Below are positions 28,016 through 37,920 of a DNA stretch of 44,551 nt, in pieces. Below the pieces are notes generated by a model. It was not told the origin of the DNA. It did not search any database and was given only the letters and a program-made list of their open reading frames with translations. The DNA is taken from assembly GCA_046045865.1 (NCBI GenBank), contig JBJOKY010000001.1, positions 1 through 44,551 of the forward strand, written 5' to 3'. Position numbers and translations under genes: made by a program. The DNA is from Pseudomonadota bacterium. GTDB taxonomy: Bacteria; Pseudomonadota; Gammaproteobacteria; Burkholderiales; Burkholderiaceae_C. Every line of letters starts with the position of its first letter. The stretch's first letter is position 1.

Positions 28016-28804
28016 ATGCCCTGCAACCCCCCTCTGGACGACTGGTCCGGCCGCCACGTCTGGATCGTCGGCGCCTCCAGCGGCATCGGCCTGGCCGCGG
28101 CCGAGGCTTTGGCCGCGGCGGGCGCCCGGGTCGCCGTCTCGGCGCGCCAGGCCGCGCCGCTGCAGGCCTTTGCCGTGCGCCATGCCGGCGCCCTGGCCCT
28201 GCCGCTGGACGTGACCGACCAGCAGCAGCTGCAGGCCGCGGGCGAGCGGCTGCAGGCGGCCTGGCCGCGGCTGGACCTGGTGCTGTACTGCGCCGGCCAC
28301 TACAAGGCGCAGATCGCCGCGCGCTACGACCTGGCCGAGATGCTCAGGCACCAGGACATCAACTACGTCGGCGCGTTGCGCCTGCTGGGCGTCGTGCTGC
28401 CCTGGCTGCTGCGCCAGCGCGGCGGCCATGTCAGCCTGGTGGCCAGCGTGGCGGGCTGGCGCGGCCTGCCGCAGGCCATGGCCTACGGGCCGACCAAGGC
28501 GGCGCTGATCAGCCTGGCGCAGTCGCTGTATTTCGACCTCGCGCCCGCAGGGGTGGGTGTGTCGGTCATCAGCCCGGGTTTCGTCGACACGCCGCTCACG
28601 GCGGGCAACCGCCACCACATGCCCGCGCTCATCACGCCGCAGCAGGCCGCGACCGAGATGCTGGCGGGCTGGCGCGCCGGGCGCTTCGAGATCCACTTCC
28701 CGCGCCGCTTCAGCCGCACGCTCAAGCTGCTCGACCTGCTGGGGCTGGCGAGCGACCGGCTGTATTTCAAGCTGACCGGCCGGCTGACCGGCAAGCGCGT
28801 ATGA
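28016..28804 (+). CDS. Short-chain dehydrogenase/reductase
   Basis: IVGASSGIG, catalytic YGPTK and SPGFVDTPLT. Confidence 0.9.
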   Translation: MPCNPPLDDWSGRHVWIVGASSGIGLAAAEALAAAGARVAVSARQAAPLQAFAVRHAGALALPLDVTDQQQLQAAGERLQAAWPRLDLVLYCAGHYKAQIAARYDLAEMLRHQDINYVGALRLLGVVLPWLLRQRGGHVSLVASVAGWRGLPQAMAYGPTKAALISLAQSLYFDLAPAGVGVSVISPGFVDTPLTAGNRHHMPALITPQQAATEMLAGWRAGRFEIHFPRRFSRTLKLLDLLGLASDRLYFKLTGRLTGKRV

Positions 28805-29286
28805 CGGTGCCTGGCCTGCCGACCGGGCCGGCACTGCCGGCGCCCGCGGCGCGCCATGCGGATGCGCGCGTGGCCGCCATCGTCGACTACTTCGAGCGGC
28901 TGTCACCTGCGGCGCTGGACGAGCTGGACCACATCTACCAGCGCGACGCGCTGTTCAAGGATCCGTTCAACGAGGTCGAGGGGCTGGACGCCATCCGGCG
29001 CATCTACGCCCACATGTTCGTCGCGCTGCGTGCGCCGCGTTTCGTCGTCACCGACATCGCGGTCGACGGTGCGAGCTGCTGGCTGGGCTGGGATTTCGTC
29101 TTCCACAGCCCGCGCCTGGGCCCGGGCCGCCAGTGCATCCGCGGCGCGACACTGCTGCACCTGGGCCCGGACGGCCGCATCGCCCGGCACCGCGACTACT
29201 GGGACGCGGCCGAGGAGCTGTACGAGAAGCTGCCGCTGCTCGGCGCGCTGCTGCGCTGGCTCAGGCGCCGGCTGGCGACACCCTGA
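28801..29286 (+). CDS. NTF2/SnoaL-like protein
   Basis: FKDPFNEVEG...IRRIYAHMF...HRDYWDAAEELYEKLP. ATGA overlap. Confidence 0.9.
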   Translation: MTVPGLPTGPALPAPAARHADARVAAIVDYFERLSPAALDELDHIYQRDALFKDPFNEVEGLDAIRRIYAHMFVALRAPRFVVTDIAVDGASCWLGWDFVFHSPRLGPGRQCIRGATLLHLGPDGRIARHRDYWDAAEELYEKLPLLGALLRWLRRRLATP

Positions 29287-29334
29287 GCCGCGGCGGCGGG
29301 GCGACCACGGCCAGGGCGCCTCGGCCACGCCTGT

Positions 29335-29817
29335 TTACTTGTTGCGCTGGCCTTCGGTCAGCGCGTCGACCTGGAACTTGCCGCCGGCCTCGACCAGGAA
29401 GATCTCGCGCCAGGTCACGCTCTGGCCCAGCTTGGTCGGTGCGGGGTAGGGCGCGGCGGCGCGGATCATGGTTTCCACCCAGGGCGCGATCTCCTTCATC
29501 GCCGGAGGGCGCATCACGTCCACCGCGGTGACCTGGCCGGTCGCGTCGATGGTGGTGTTGATGATGGCCACGCCCACCAGCATGGGCGGCAGCTTGCCCT
29601 TGTGGATCTTGCCCGGGTAGGCGGCGTACAGGTGCCTGGCGGCGTCCTTGCGGTAGAGCACGTCGGTCGCGGCGGCGGACGGCGCGGCGGTCAGCGCCTT
29701 GGGCGGCGGCGCTTCGGCGAACTGGGCCTGGGCCTGGGCGGTGCCGGCGGCTGCGGCACAGATCAGCAGGGCGGCCAGGCCGGTGGACAGGCGGCGGGAC
29801 AAGGGCAGACGGTGCAT
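29335..29817 (-). CDS. Exported protein with a TonB C-terminal-like domain
   Basis: Signal peptide (..LICAAAAGTAQA) followed by IDATGQV..V.VMR...IRAAAPYPAP. Confidence 0.6.
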   Translation of the reverse strand: MHRLPLSRRLSTGLAALLICAAAAGTAQAQAQFAEAPPPKALTAAPSAAATDVLYRKDAARHLYAAYPGKIHKGKLPPMLVGVAIINTTIDATGQVTAVDVMRPPAMKEIAPWVETMIRAAAPYPAPTKLGQSVTWREIFLVEAGGKFQVDALTEGQRNK

Positions 29818-29989
29818 CGTGAGGGCTCCGGGGCAGGAAATTTGGGGGCAGACCACGAGGTGGCGGCGGCAGTGTAGGGACGCGAGCCTGACGCAGAACC
29901 CGCAAAAAGCCGCCCGCCGGGTTCACAAGGTAAGCGGGCGCAACCGTGTGTGAACGGGGCCGGGCCGGGTCGGGGCGGCCGCGGCGGCC

Positions 29990-30952
29990 TCAGCGCAGCC
30001 AGCCCTTCCGGTGGAAATAGATGAAGGGCGCAGCCACCGACGCGGCCATCAGCCCCAGCGCCATGGGATAGCCCCAGGTGTGGTCCAGCTCGGGCATGTA
30101 CTTGAAGTTCATGCCGTAGATGCTGGCGATCAGCGTGGGCGGCAGCAGCGCCACGCTGGCCACCGAGAAGATCTTGATGATCTTGTTCTGGTTGATGTTG
30201 ATGAAGCCCACCGTGGCGTCCATCAGGAAGTTGATCTTGTCGAACAGGAAGGCGGTGTGCGAATCGAGCGAGTCGATGTCGCGCAGGATCTGGCGCGCCT
30301 CCTCGAACTGCTCGGCGCTGAGCATGCGGCTGCGCATCATGTAGCTCACCGCGCGGCGCGTGTCCATCACGTTGCGGCGGATGCGCCCGTTCAGGTCTTC
30401 CTCGCGGGCGATGGCGGCCAGCGCCTCGCCGGCGCTGCGGTCGTCGACCTCCTGCTTGAGCACGCGCTGGCTGACCTTCTCCAGCGCGTCGTAGATGCCT
30501 TCCAGCGAATCGGCCGAATACTCGGCGTCGGCGTCGTAGAGCTTGAGCAGCACATCCTTGGCGTCCTCGATCATGGCTGGGATGCGCCGCGCGCGCAGAC
30601 GCAGCAGCCGGAACACCGGCAGGTCCTCGCCGTGGATGGAGAACAGCATGCGCTCGTGCAGGATGAAGGCCACGCGCACGTTGCGCGGTGCCTCGTCGTC
30701 GTCGATCAGGAAGTCCGAGCGGATGTGCAGCTCGCCGTTGTCGTTCTCGTAGAAACGGGCGGACTCCTCGAGGTCGTCGTCGACCACGTCGTCGGGGATG
30801 GTCAGGCCGAAGCGGCTGCGCAGCCAGGCCTTCTCGTCGGCGCTGGGGGCTTCGAGGTCGACCCAGACCGGCTCGACATGGGTGAGGTCGAGCGGACCTT
30901 CGATTTCTTCCTGAATCAGCCGCCCGTTGGCGAGCGTGAACACGTTGATCAC
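29990..30952 (-). CDS. corA: Magnesium/cobalt transporter CorA
   Basis: YGMNF signature, MPEL and two C-terminal TM helices. GTG start at 30952 with AGGAG upstream. Confidence 0.95.
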   Translation of the reverse strand: MINVFTLANGRLIQEEIEGPLDLTHVEPVWVDLEAPSADEKAWLRSRFGLTIPDDVVDDDLEESARFYENDNGELHIRSDFLIDDDEAPRNVRVAFILHERMLFSIHGEDLPVFRLLRLRARRIPAMIEDAKDVLLKLYDADAEYSADSLEGIYDALEKVSQRVLKQEVDDRSAGEALAAIAREEDLNGRIRRNVMDTRRAVSYMMRSRMLSAEQFEEARQILRDIDSLDSHTAFLFDKINFLMDATVGFININQNKIIKIFSVASVALLPPTLIASIYGMNFKYMPELDHTWGYPMALGLMAASVAAPFIYFHRKGWLR

Positions 30953-31181
30953 CGGGGAACTCCTGCGGGTGGCGCCGCAGGGCGCGCAACATCCGGGTGC
31001 AGGATAACGGCTTGGCTCGGCCCGGCTCGGCGCCTGCGGCCGGGCGCGCTCAGGCCTGCGTGTCCGTCCGCGAGCATGGCGTGCCTGGCGTGTCTCGCCC
31101 CCCCTGAAACGCAAGGGTGGCGCGATCTTTCGCACGCTCTGTCATTAACTCACGCAGGGGCAAAGGTGTAAGGGGCGGGGC

Positions 31182-31210
31182 TTGTCAACCGCTGCCGGCA
31201 CGGTCACACT
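31182..31210 (+). promoter_or_regulatory. Candidate sigma70 promoter of hpf
   Basis: TTGTCA-N17-CACACT. AGGAGG ribosome-binding site at 31281-31286. Confidence 0.45.
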
Positions 31211-31290
31211 GGGCTCGCCATGGCGCCACAGGCCTTGGCTGACAAGACAAGCATCAGCGTCTTCCCACCATCCTCTGGAAAGGAGGCTCC

Positions 31291-31638
31291 ATGAATCTGA
31301 CGATCAGTGGTCATCACCTCGAAGTCACCCCCGCCCTGCGTGAGTACGTGCTTACCAAGCTGGACCGGGTCATCCGTCACTTCGACCAGGTGGTGGACGT
31401 CAACGTTCTTCTTACCGTGGAAAAGCAGAAGGAGAAGGAAAAGCGCCAACGCGCCGAAGTGACCTTGCACACCAAGGGCAAGGACATCTTTGTCGAAACC
31501 GCTGACGAGGATCTCTATGCCGCGATCGACCAGCTGATGGACAAGCTCGACCGTCAGGTCGTGCGCCACAAGGACAAGCTGCAGGATCACCACCACCCGT
31601 CGCCCAAGCGCACCGGCGCTGCGGGTGAACTGGCCTGA
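31291..31638 (+). CDS. hpf: Ribosome hibernation promoting factor (HPF/RaiA family)
   Basis: [22 protein letters not shown]...[19 protein letters not shown]. Confidence 0.95.
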   Translation: MNLTISGHHLEVTPALREYVLTKLDRVIRHFDQVVDVNVLLTVEKQKEKEKRQRAEVTLHTKGKDIFVETADEDLYAAIDQLMDKLDRQVVRHKDKLQDHHHPSPKRTGAAGELA

Positions 31639-31761
31639 GTCTCCTGCCAGGTCATCTGATCACGGTGGGGTCGGCCGATCGGCCGGCTCCGCCTTCCGCC
31701 CGCCGCCTACCCCGTGGCGCGGCAGCGCAGGGCGGCTGATAAACCGCCTGCCTCCAGCTTC

Positions 31762-31791
31762 AAACGGCCCCGATCGGGCCGTTTTGCTTTT
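31762..31791. terminator. Intrinsic terminator between hpf and rsmA
   Basis: AAACGGCCC-cgatc-GGGCCGTTT followed by TGCTTTT. Confidence 0.75.
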
Positions 31792-31829
31792 GGGGCGTCG
31801 TGGCGCCCGCCCGGCCTGGGCTCCCGGCC

Positions 31830-32597
31830 TCAGCCCGGTGCGATCGCCGCAGCCAGCGCCAGGTAGTCGACCACCGGCACCTCCTCGGCGCGGCGTTGCA
31901 GGTCGAAGGCGCCCGGCTCGCTGCCGCGTTCGGCCAGCCAGCGCCCCAGGCTGTGGCGCAGCAGCTTGCGCCGCTGCGAGAACGCCGCCGTCACCAACTC
32001 GCCCAGGAGCGCGCGGTCGACCGCCGGCGGCACGGCCAGCGGCAGCATGCGCACCACGGCCGAATCCACCCGCGGTGGCGGGTCGAAGGCCTCGGGCGGC
32101 ACGTCGAACAGCGCCTCGATCTCGTAGCGCGACTGCAGCATCACCGACAGGCGCCCGTAGGTCTTGCTCCCCGGGCCGGCTGCCATGCGGTCGACCACTT
32201 CCTTCTGCAGCATGAAGTGCTGGTCGAGCACGTGGCCGACCACGTCCAGCAGGTGGAACAGGATGGGGCTGGAGATGTTGTACGGCAGGTTGCCGACGAC
32301 GCGCAGCGGCCGCCCGGCCGCCGCGGCCAGCGCGGCGAAGTCGACCTGCAGCACGTCGGCCTCGATCACCGTGAGCTCGCTGCGCCTGCGCAGCCGGGCG
32401 GCCAGGTCGCGGTCGAGCTCGACCACGGTGAGGTGCTTGCAGCGCTCGACCAGGGGGTCGGTCATGGCGCCCAGGCCGGGGCCGATCTCGACCAGCGGTT
32501 CACCGACGCGCGGGTCGATGGCGCGCACGATGGCGTCGAGCACCGCGCTGTCGGCCAGGAAGTGCTGGCCGAAACGCTTGCGGGCCTGGTGCTTCAT
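31830..32597 (-). CDS. rsmA: 16S rRNA m6,2A dimethyltransferase
   Basis: [33 protein letters not shown] and [12 protein letters not shown]. Confidence 0.97.
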   Translation of the reverse strand: MKHQARKRFGQHFLADSAVLDAIVRAIDPRVGEPLVEIGPGLGAMTDPLVERCKHLTVVELDRDLAARLRRRSELTVIEADVLQVDFAALAAAAGRPLRVVGNLPYNISSPILFHLLDVVGHVLDQHFMLQKEVVDRMAAGPGSKTYGRLSVMLQSRYEIEALFDVPPEAFDPPPRVDSAVVRMLPLAVPPAVDRALLGELVTAAFSQRRKLLRHSLGRWLAERGSEPGAFDLQRRAEEVPVVDYLALAAAIAPG

Positions 32598-32625
32598 CGT
32601 GCCGCCCGCGGCTGGGGGGAGCGGC

Positions 32626-34047
32626 TCACTGCGGCGGCTCGCGCAGTTCGACGTAGGCGCGCGCGCGTACCTCGCGGGCCCACTCGTTGTAGGCCTCCTC
32701 GTACTTCTGCTCGCGCAGGGCGTTGCGCGCGGCCTCGCGCTGCTCGCGGGCGTCCAGGGTGATGCGGCGGCGCTCGATCAGCTGGATCAGGTGCACGCCG
32801 AAACGTGACACCACCGGGTCGCTCACGCCGCCCGGTTGCAGTTCATTGAGCGCCTGCTCGAACTCGGGCACGAACTGGCCCGGCCCGGCCCAGCCGAGGT
32901 CGCCGCCGGCCGGCGCGCTGCCGTCGTCGGAGAACCGCCGTGCCAGGTCGTCGAAACGCGCCTTGCCGGCCTCGACATCGCGCTTGTAGGCCGCCAGGCG
33001 GCGCGTGGCCAGCTCGGGGCTGAGCTCGTTGGTCGGGCGCAGCAGGATGTGGCGGGCACGGTTCTGCGTGATGGACAGGCCGGCGTCCTTGCGTTCGATG
33101 AGCTTGAGCACGTGGAAGCCCGCGCCGGTGCGCAGCACCTGGGGCGCGACCTCGCCGGCCTTGAGCGGCCGGACCGCCTCGACGAAGACATCGGGCAGCC
33201 TGGACGCCGGGCGCAGGCCCAGCTCGCCGCCGCGCTCCTTGCCGCCCTGCGACAGCTCCTTGACCAGGGCGACGAAGGCCTCGCCGCCGTGCAGGCGCTG
33301 CAGCGCCCTGACGGCCTGGGCGCGGCGCTCGGCGGTCTCGGCCGGGCTGGCGCCGTCGGCCACCGGGATCAGGATCTGCGCGATGTTGTACTCGTTGGCC
33401 AGGCCCGCCTTGTCGCGTTCGGACTGCAGCCAGTTCTCGATCTCGGTGTCGCTCACGCGCAGGCGCGACTGCACCTCGCGCTCGCGCACGCGCTCGAGCA
33501 GCACCTGATCGCGCAGGTTGCCGCGGAAGCGCTGGTAGTCCATGCCTTCCTTGCGCAGGCGCTCGCGCAGCTGCTCGGTCGTGATCTGGTTCTGCGCCGC
33601 GATGTTGGCCACCGCGCGGTCGAGTTCGAGCTCGTCGACGCGGGTGCCGGTCTCGCGCGCGTAGCTGAGCTGGGCGCGTTCGTCGATCAGCTGGTCGAGC
33701 AGCTGGCGCTGCAGCTCCTCGCGGCTGGGCGGCTGGCGGCTGCGCCGGGATTCCTCGACCAGACGCACGACGCGCTGCTGCACCTCGGCATTGGTCACCA
33801 GTTCCTGGTTGACCACGGCGACGATGTAGTCACCGCCGCGGCGCTCGGGCACGTAGGCCTGCGGTGCAGGTGCCGGAGCAGGCGCGGTGGCAGGCTGCGC
33901 CCAGGCGGTGCCGCCGGCGCCCAAGGCGACACACAGGGCTGCGGCCAGCACCAGGGCGCGCGGGACGGCAGCTGGCCGGGCTGACGGCAGCGGGCCGTGG
34001 AGATGGTGCGGCAGGGAGGGCGGCAGGCGGAGCAGGGACGAAGGCAT
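32626..34047 (-). CDS. surA: Periplasmic chaperone/PPIase SurA
   Basis: IVAVVNQE N-domain and two parvulin domains (GGELG, GFHVLKL; [20 protein letters not shown]). Downstream of lptD. Confidence 0.93.
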   Translation of the reverse strand: MPSSLLRLPPSLPHHLHGPLPSARPAAVPRALVLAAALCVALGAGGTAWAQPATAPAPAPAPQAYVPERRGGDYIVAVVNQELVTNAEVQQRVVRLVEESRRSRQPPSREELQRQLLDQLIDERAQLSYARETGTRVDELELDRAVANIAAQNQITTEQLRERLRKEGMDYQRFRGNLRDQVLLERVREREVQSRLRVSDTEIENWLQSERDKAGLANEYNIAQILIPVADGASPAETAERRAQAVRALQRLHGGEAFVALVKELSQGGKERGGELGLRPASRLPDVFVEAVRPLKAGEVAPQVLRTGAGFHVLKLIERKDAGLSITQNRARHILLRPTNELSPELATRRLAAYKRDVEAGKARFDDLARRFSDDGSAPAGGDLGWAGPGQFVPEFEQALNELQPGGVSDPVVSRFGVHLIQLIERRRITLDAREQREAARNALREQKYEEAYNEWAREVRARAYVELREPPQ

Positions 34048-34101
34048 GGCGGGTCATCGTGCCGGCGCAGGGCCGGTTCAGCGTTCCGGCCGCGGGCCGG
34101 A

Positions 34102-36636
34102 TCAGGGGGTGGGGGCACTGTCGCCCGCTGCGGGCAGGGCTCGGCCAGGGTTGCCGGCGCCGTCGTCGCTCAGGGTCTCGGGATCGCGCAACAGCTTGTA
34201 TCCGGGAATATTGTCCTTCAAGACCGCCAGCGGGTTGGAACCCAGGCGTGACAGCCCGACCAGTTCGAGCTGCAGCATCAGCCGCGTGGTCGACGCGTTG
34301 GCGCCGGTGGACTGGCGTTCGGCCACCAGCCGGCCTATCCAGCAGCCGGCGTCGTACTCCAGGCCGACGATCGCGCCCGACAGCCGGCTGTCGCGCATGC
34401 TGTAGTCCAGCCGGCCCACGCCGTACAGCGTGCCGCTGCAGCTGCCGGCCGCAGCGTAGCGGTGATTGCGCGCCTGCTCGCCTGCGCTGCGCACGGCCTG
34501 GGCGGCCGGGGTGGGCGGCAGCTCCACGCGCCGGGCGTTGTACAGCGGCCATTGCCAGCCCAGCGCGAGCTGCTCGCTGCTGCCGCGCTGCAGGCGGTAG
34601 GTGGCGCTCAGGCTGTGGAAGGGTTGCGGCGTGTAGCGCACGCTGCTGATGCTGCGCACGATGCGGCGCGACTCGGGGTTGTACTGCAGCGCACTTTCCA
34701 CGCCCCAGCTGGTGATGGCGCTGGTCGAGCCCAGCACGAAGATGTCCGAGGCCCGGCGCGTGAGCGGCTGGCCGTCGCCGGTGATGCGCTGTTCGCTGAG
34801 CAGGAAACGCTGCGCCAGGCCGACCTGGGCCAGTTCGGCGCCGCTGCCGGCGTCGACGAAACGGCTGGTCGCGCCGGCGGTGACGAGGTGGGCGTCGGCC
34901 ACGCGGTCCACGCCCGAGTAGCTGTTCGCCTCGAACATGGTCGTGGCGTTGAAGTCCAGCGGCGCGCTGTCGTAGTTCGGCAGCTCGCTCTGGTCGCGCC
35001 AGGGCGTGTGCAGGTAGTACAGGCGCGGCTCCAGCGTCTGGCGCAGCGCGCGGCCGAACATCTCGGTCTGGCGCTCCAGCGTCCAGCGGCTGTCCACGCT
35101 CAGGCTCGGGATGGTGCGCTGCAGGCGGCGCCGGCCGTCGGCCAGCGGCGTGTCGAGCTGGTAGCTGGCGGCGTTGAAGTTCAGCCGCGGCGTGAGCTGG
35201 TGGGCGCCGTCGCTGAAACGCCAGCCCAGGCTGCCCAGGGCATGGACGCGTTCGCCGCCGTCCAGGCCCGGGTCGCTGTTGGTGAAGCGGTTGAACTCGG
35301 TCTGCAGCGCCAGCTCGGCCTGGCCGAGCTCGCCGCGCCACTGCGCGCCGATCTGCGGTGCACGCTGGTAGGGCGGCGCGACGCTGGCACTGGCGTCGCT
35401 GGACTGCAGCACCTGCCAGCGCTGGATGCCGGCGTACACGGTCTGGTCGACCTCGCCGCCCCAGCCGCGCAGCACGCGGGTGTGGCTGAGCTGGGCGCGT
35501 GTGCCCAGCAGGCGCGGCGTCAGGCTGTCGGCACCGCGCAGGCCGTCGCGCCAGTAGTTCTCGTCGGAGGCACGCACCGCGTCCAGGTCCAGGCCCCAGG
35601 CCGAGCCGGTGTCGCTGGTGTAGCGGGTGCGTCCGCCCCAGCGCGAGCGGGCGGTCTCCTGGTCGCGCGGCAGGGCGACGATGCGCAGGTCGCCCTTGCC
35701 CTGCTGCAGCAGGTAGCGCAACTCGCTGTCCAGCCCGCTGCCGCGGCGCGGCGAGTAGGTCGGCATCAGGGTGGCGTCCGCCTGCGGGGCGATGTTCCAG
35801 TAGAAGGGCACGCCGACCTCGAAGCCGGCCGAGCTCGACAGGTTGAGCATGGGCGGCAGCCAGCCGGACTTGCGCGTGTCGTTGACCGGAAAGCTCAGCA
35901 CCGGCAGCGCCAGGATGGGCACGTCCAGGAAGCGCAGCACCGCGCCTTCGGCATAACCGTCGTTGGCCGCGAAATCCAGCCGCATCAGGCTGGCGCTGAG
36001 CACCCAGGCCGGGTCCTCGCCGGCCGGCGCGGCGCAGGTGGTGTAGCTCGCGCCGGTGATCTGCAGCCGGTTGTTGCCCAGGAAGTCAGCGCGATCGGCC
36101 CGTCCCAGACCCTGGGTGCGCGCGATGGTGAAGCGCGGCGAGAGGAAGTAGCCCTCCAGCGTCTCGGTGTCGAGCTCCAGCTCGGGGCCGCTGTAGACGT
36201 CGTCGCCGCGGCGCAGGCTGACCTGACCACGGGCGCGGGCGCGGTGGTCGGCCAGGCTGTAGTCCACGCTGTCGGCCGACATGTCCATGCCGCCCTGCTG
36301 CAGCCGCACGCGCCCGCTGGCCGTCAGGCCGGTGCCGGTGCGCCCGACCAGGCGGTCGGCCTCGATGCTCAGCGGCCCGCCGCGGGGCGCACTGGCTGAC
36401 GGTGCGGCGGCGGCGGGGGGGCGCCTGGGGGCCGGGCGCGGGCTGCAGTCCTCGTCCGTGCCGGCGGTGGTGGCAGCGGCAGCTGCCTGGGCGGATGCCG
36501 GTGCCGCCACCTGCGCCTGCACGCCCGCGGCCACGAGCCAGCTGCCCAGGGCCAGCCAGGCAGGCGCGGCGGCGGACAGGGCGGCGGCCAGCGGCAGGCG
36601 GCGGTGATGGGCGGGCGCGGTGGGGGTGGTCGGCAA
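34102..36636 (-). CDS. lptD: LPS-assembly outer membrane protein LptD
   Basis: IEAD, YTTC, RKSGWLPP, PFYWNIAP, TLEPRLYY, EYDAGCW and LQLELVGL. TTG start is uncertain. Confidence 0.93.
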   Translation of the reverse strand: MPTTPTAPAHHRRLPLAAALSAAAPAWLALGSWLVAAGVQAQVAAPASAQAAAAATTAGTDEDCSPRPAPRRPPAAAAPSASAPRGGPLSIEADRLVGRTGTGLTASGRVRLQQGGMDMSADSVDYSLADHRARARGQVSLRRGDDVYSGPELELDTETLEGYFLSPRFTIARTQGLGRADRADFLGNNRLQITGASYTTCAAPAGEDPAWVLSASLMRLDFAANDGYAEGAVLRFLDVPILALPVLSFPVNDTRKSGWLPPMLNLSSSAGFEVGVPFYWNIAPQADATLMPTYSPRRGSGLDSELRYLLQQGKGDLRIVALPRDQETARSRWGGRTRYTSDTGSAWGLDLDAVRASDENYWRDGLRGADSLTPRLLGTRAQLSHTRVLRGWGGEVDQTVYAGIQRWQVLQSSDASASVAPPYQRAPQIGAQWRGELGQAELALQTEFNRFTNSDPGLDGGERVHALGSLGWRFSDGAHQLTPRLNFNAASYQLDTPLADGRRRLQRTIPSLSVDSRWTLERQTEMFGRALRQTLEPRLYYLHTPWRDQSELPNYDSAPLDFNATTMFEANSYSGVDRVADAHLVTAGATSRFVDAGSGAELAQVGLAQRFLLSEQRITGDGQPLTRRASDIFVLGSTSAITSWGVESALQYNPESRRIVRSISSVRYTPQPFHSLSATYRLQRGSSEQLALGWQWPLYNARRVELPPTPAAQAVRSAGEQARNHRYAAAGSCSGTLYGVGRLDYSMRDSRLSGAIVGLEYDAGCWIGRLVAERQSTGANASTTRLMLQLELVGLSRLGSNPLAVLKDNIPGYKLLRDPETLSDDGAGNPGRALPAAGDSAPTP

Positions 36637-36772
36637 GGGGATCGGTGGCCAGCGCGCAGCGGCCGCCTCATTAGAATGAAATTCATTATTTCATGCGCCC
36701 TGCGGCGCCCGGTGGCGGCCCGCCCGGTGCTGCGGCCGGCCTGCGGCGGGGCCACACCCACCGCCCTGCATC

Positions 36773-37912
36773 GTGACCGCCAGCCTCCCGCCCACCTCCC
36801 CCGCCCAGACCACCAGCCCCGGCGGCACCAGCGTGAGCTGGGCCGACCCGGCGCGCGAGCAGCTCTGCCATGCCTGGCTCGCCGCCGTCGGTCCGGCCCA
36901 TGGCCTGCGCGCCGACACCCTGCGCCCGGCCAGCGCCGACGCCAGCTTCCGGCGCTACCTGCGCCTGGACACCACGGCCGGCGCGCCGCTCATCGTCATG
37001 GACGCCCCGCCGGCGCAGGAGGACTGTCGGCCCTTCGTGCACGTGGCCCGGCTGCTCGGTCAGGCCGGCCTGAAGGTGCCCGAGGTGCTGGCATGGGACG
37101 AGGCCAACGGCTTCATGCTGCTGCCCGACCTGGGCAGCACCACCTATCTCGCCGCGCTGGGCAGCCTCGACACCACCACGCCGGCCGGCCTGAAGCAGGT
37201 CGACGGCCTGTACCACGACGCCCTCGACACCCTGGTGCGACTGCAGGTCGGCGGTGCCACGGCCCAGGCCGAGCTGCCGCCTTACGACCGGGCGCTGATG
37301 GCGCGCGAGTTGCGGCTCTTCCCCGACTGGTACGTGGCGCGCCACTGCGGCGTCACGCTCACGGCCGAGCAGCAGAAGGTGCTGGACGAGAGCTTCGAGC
37401 ACATCCTGCGCGTGTGCCAGGAGCAGCCCATGGGCCTGGTGCACCGCGACTTCCACAGCCGCAACCTGATGGTGCAGCCGGATCAGCCCGGCACGGCGAA
37501 GGCACCGGCCCGCCCCGGCGTGCTCGACTTCCAGGACGCCGTGTGGGGCCCGCTCAGCTACGACCTGGTCTCGCTGCTGCGCGACGCGTATGTCGACTGG
37601 GACGAGGCGGTGCAGATCGACTGGGCGGTGCGCTACTGGGAACGCGCCCGCAAGGCCGGCGTGCCGCTGTCCGACGACTTCGGCAACTTCTGGCGCGATG
37701 TCGAGTGGATGGGCCTGCAGCGCCACCTGAAGGTGCTGGGCATCTTCTGCCGGCTGAACTACCGCGACGGCAAGGCGCAATACCTGAACGACCTGCCGCG
37801 CGTGTGGCGCCAGGCCCACCACGTGGCCTCGCGTTATTCAGTGCTGCGGCCGCTGTCGCGCCTGCTGGAGGACCTGGGCGGCGTGGCCGTGCAGTTCGGC
37901 TACACCTTCTGA
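36773..37912 (+). CDS. amgK: AmgK-type MurNAc/GlcNAc kinase (aminoglycoside phosphotransferase fold)
   Basis: DASFRRYLR, HRDFHSRNLM, LDFQDA and QRHLKVLGIF.RL. Divergent from lptD as is usual. Confidence 0.85.
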   Translation: MTASLPPTSPAQTTSPGGTSVSWADPAREQLCHAWLAAVGPAHGLRADTLRPASADASFRRYLRLDTTAGAPLIVMDAPPAQEDCRPFVHVARLLGQAGLKVPEVLAWDEANGFMLLPDLGSTTYLAALGSLDTTTPAGLKQVDGLYHDALDTLVRLQVGGATAQAELPPYDRALMARELRLFPDWYVARHCGVTLTAEQQKVLDESFEHILRVCQEQPMGLVHRDFHSRNLMVQPDQPGTAKAPARPGVLDFQDAVWGPLSYDLVSLLRDAYVDWDEAVQIDWAVRYWERARKAGVPLSDDFGNFWRDVEWMGLQRHLKVLGIFCRLNYRDGKAQYLNDLPRVWRQAHHVASRYSVLRPLSRLLEDLGGVAVQFGYTF

Positions 37913-37920
37913 CGCACGCG

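Noticed and set aside
24707-29286. Apparent large fusion ORFs (24707-26626, 27035-28804, 27766-29286, also 36604-39162)
   Set aside because: Only their 3' parts carry family motifs; the 5' parts are alternative frames of the upstream genes.
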